A stretch of 64,000 bases of DNA from positions 288,001 to 352,000 of the forward strand of contig CAXWPJ010000012.1 in assembly GCA_963664115.2 (NCBI GenBank). Direction: 5' to 3'. The DNA is from Terriglobia bacterium. Lineage in GTDB: Bacteria > Acidobacteriota > Terriglobia > 20CM-2-55-15. Every line of letters begins with the position of its first letter. Position 1 is the stretch's first letter. A program made the position numbers and the translations under genes. The notes beneath the pieces were generated by a model that worked only from the letters and a program-made list of their open reading frames with translations, made no database searches and was not told where the DNA came from. Shown piece by piece: positions 63,562 to 64,000 of the stretch.

Positions 63562-64000
63562 TGTAGTTAAACCCCCTAGTTCTTCTTCATACACCTGAGA
63601 CACGGATGACAAACGCTACAATAATCAATGCTCGCCAAATCTCCGGGACCCACCTTACTGATAATAGCCGTTCCGGAGGATAGTCAAAACAACAGCACTT
63701 TTTCAATGAAAATTAGATCATGCGCAGTGGTTTCATTGCGCGATCAAGGCAATTACGACCGTCGAGGTGAACCGAAAAGCTAAAGAGACGGGCTATTGAA
63801 CTGGAAGCTGCCCCGATGGCGCGGGTAGCGGGAACAACGAGAACGTGATAGGAGTCATTTCCGCTGCTGACCATACAACTGTAACGGGTGCCATTCCCAG
63901 TAGTCGTCTGGGAAACTATACCGGCGTGAGGGGATCAACGCCCGACGTTGCCGATATAAGCGGTGAACTGGACCCGCTCTTGACAACGGTGGCCGGTCTC

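Larger units (their letters stand above)
39621..64000. mobile_element. Accessory/genomic island region downstream of ssrA (far end not in window)
   Basis: Abrupt switch to IS elements, pseudogenes and paralogous exported proteins; short direct repeats next to ssrA; no integrase seen. Confidence 0.65.

Overview
Bacterial chromosome window, probably Acidobacteriota (inferred from gene order and protein families). Bases 1-39.6 kb are mostly core genes: ADP-heptose/LPS core genes, rimP-nusA-infB-DUF503-rbfA-nrnA-truB-rpsO-pnp, a UbiD decarboxylase, carAB, lepB, rsmE-prmA-dnaJ-grpE-hrcA, degP, an aminotransferase and tmRNA. Inserted among them is a five-gene operon (16.7-23.1 kb): TPR-CHAT protease, small protein, secreted S8 subtilase, soluble histidine kinase and NarL-type regulator. 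The subtilase carries nine amino-acid-identical but codon-diverged copies of the heptapeptide WSVMSLF, which suggests a peptide-signalling circuit. After tmRNA lies an accessory island with IS630, an IS3/IS481-type element, two IS110 (IS1111-type) elements, Ser/Thr-kinase remnants, GGT, a PQQ dehydrogenase and many DUF6152-like, DUF6644-like and related exported proteins. A ~45-bp imperfect palindrome with two extrahelical bases recurs 5-6 times at gene boundaries in the island and is linked to kinase 5' and 3' ends, giving a cassette-like layout. Both IS110 elements inserted inside copies of this palindrome, and their non-coding ends contain loops matching the target and donor junctions (bridge-RNA architecture). 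All product calls come from motif recognition by eye; no searches were run.
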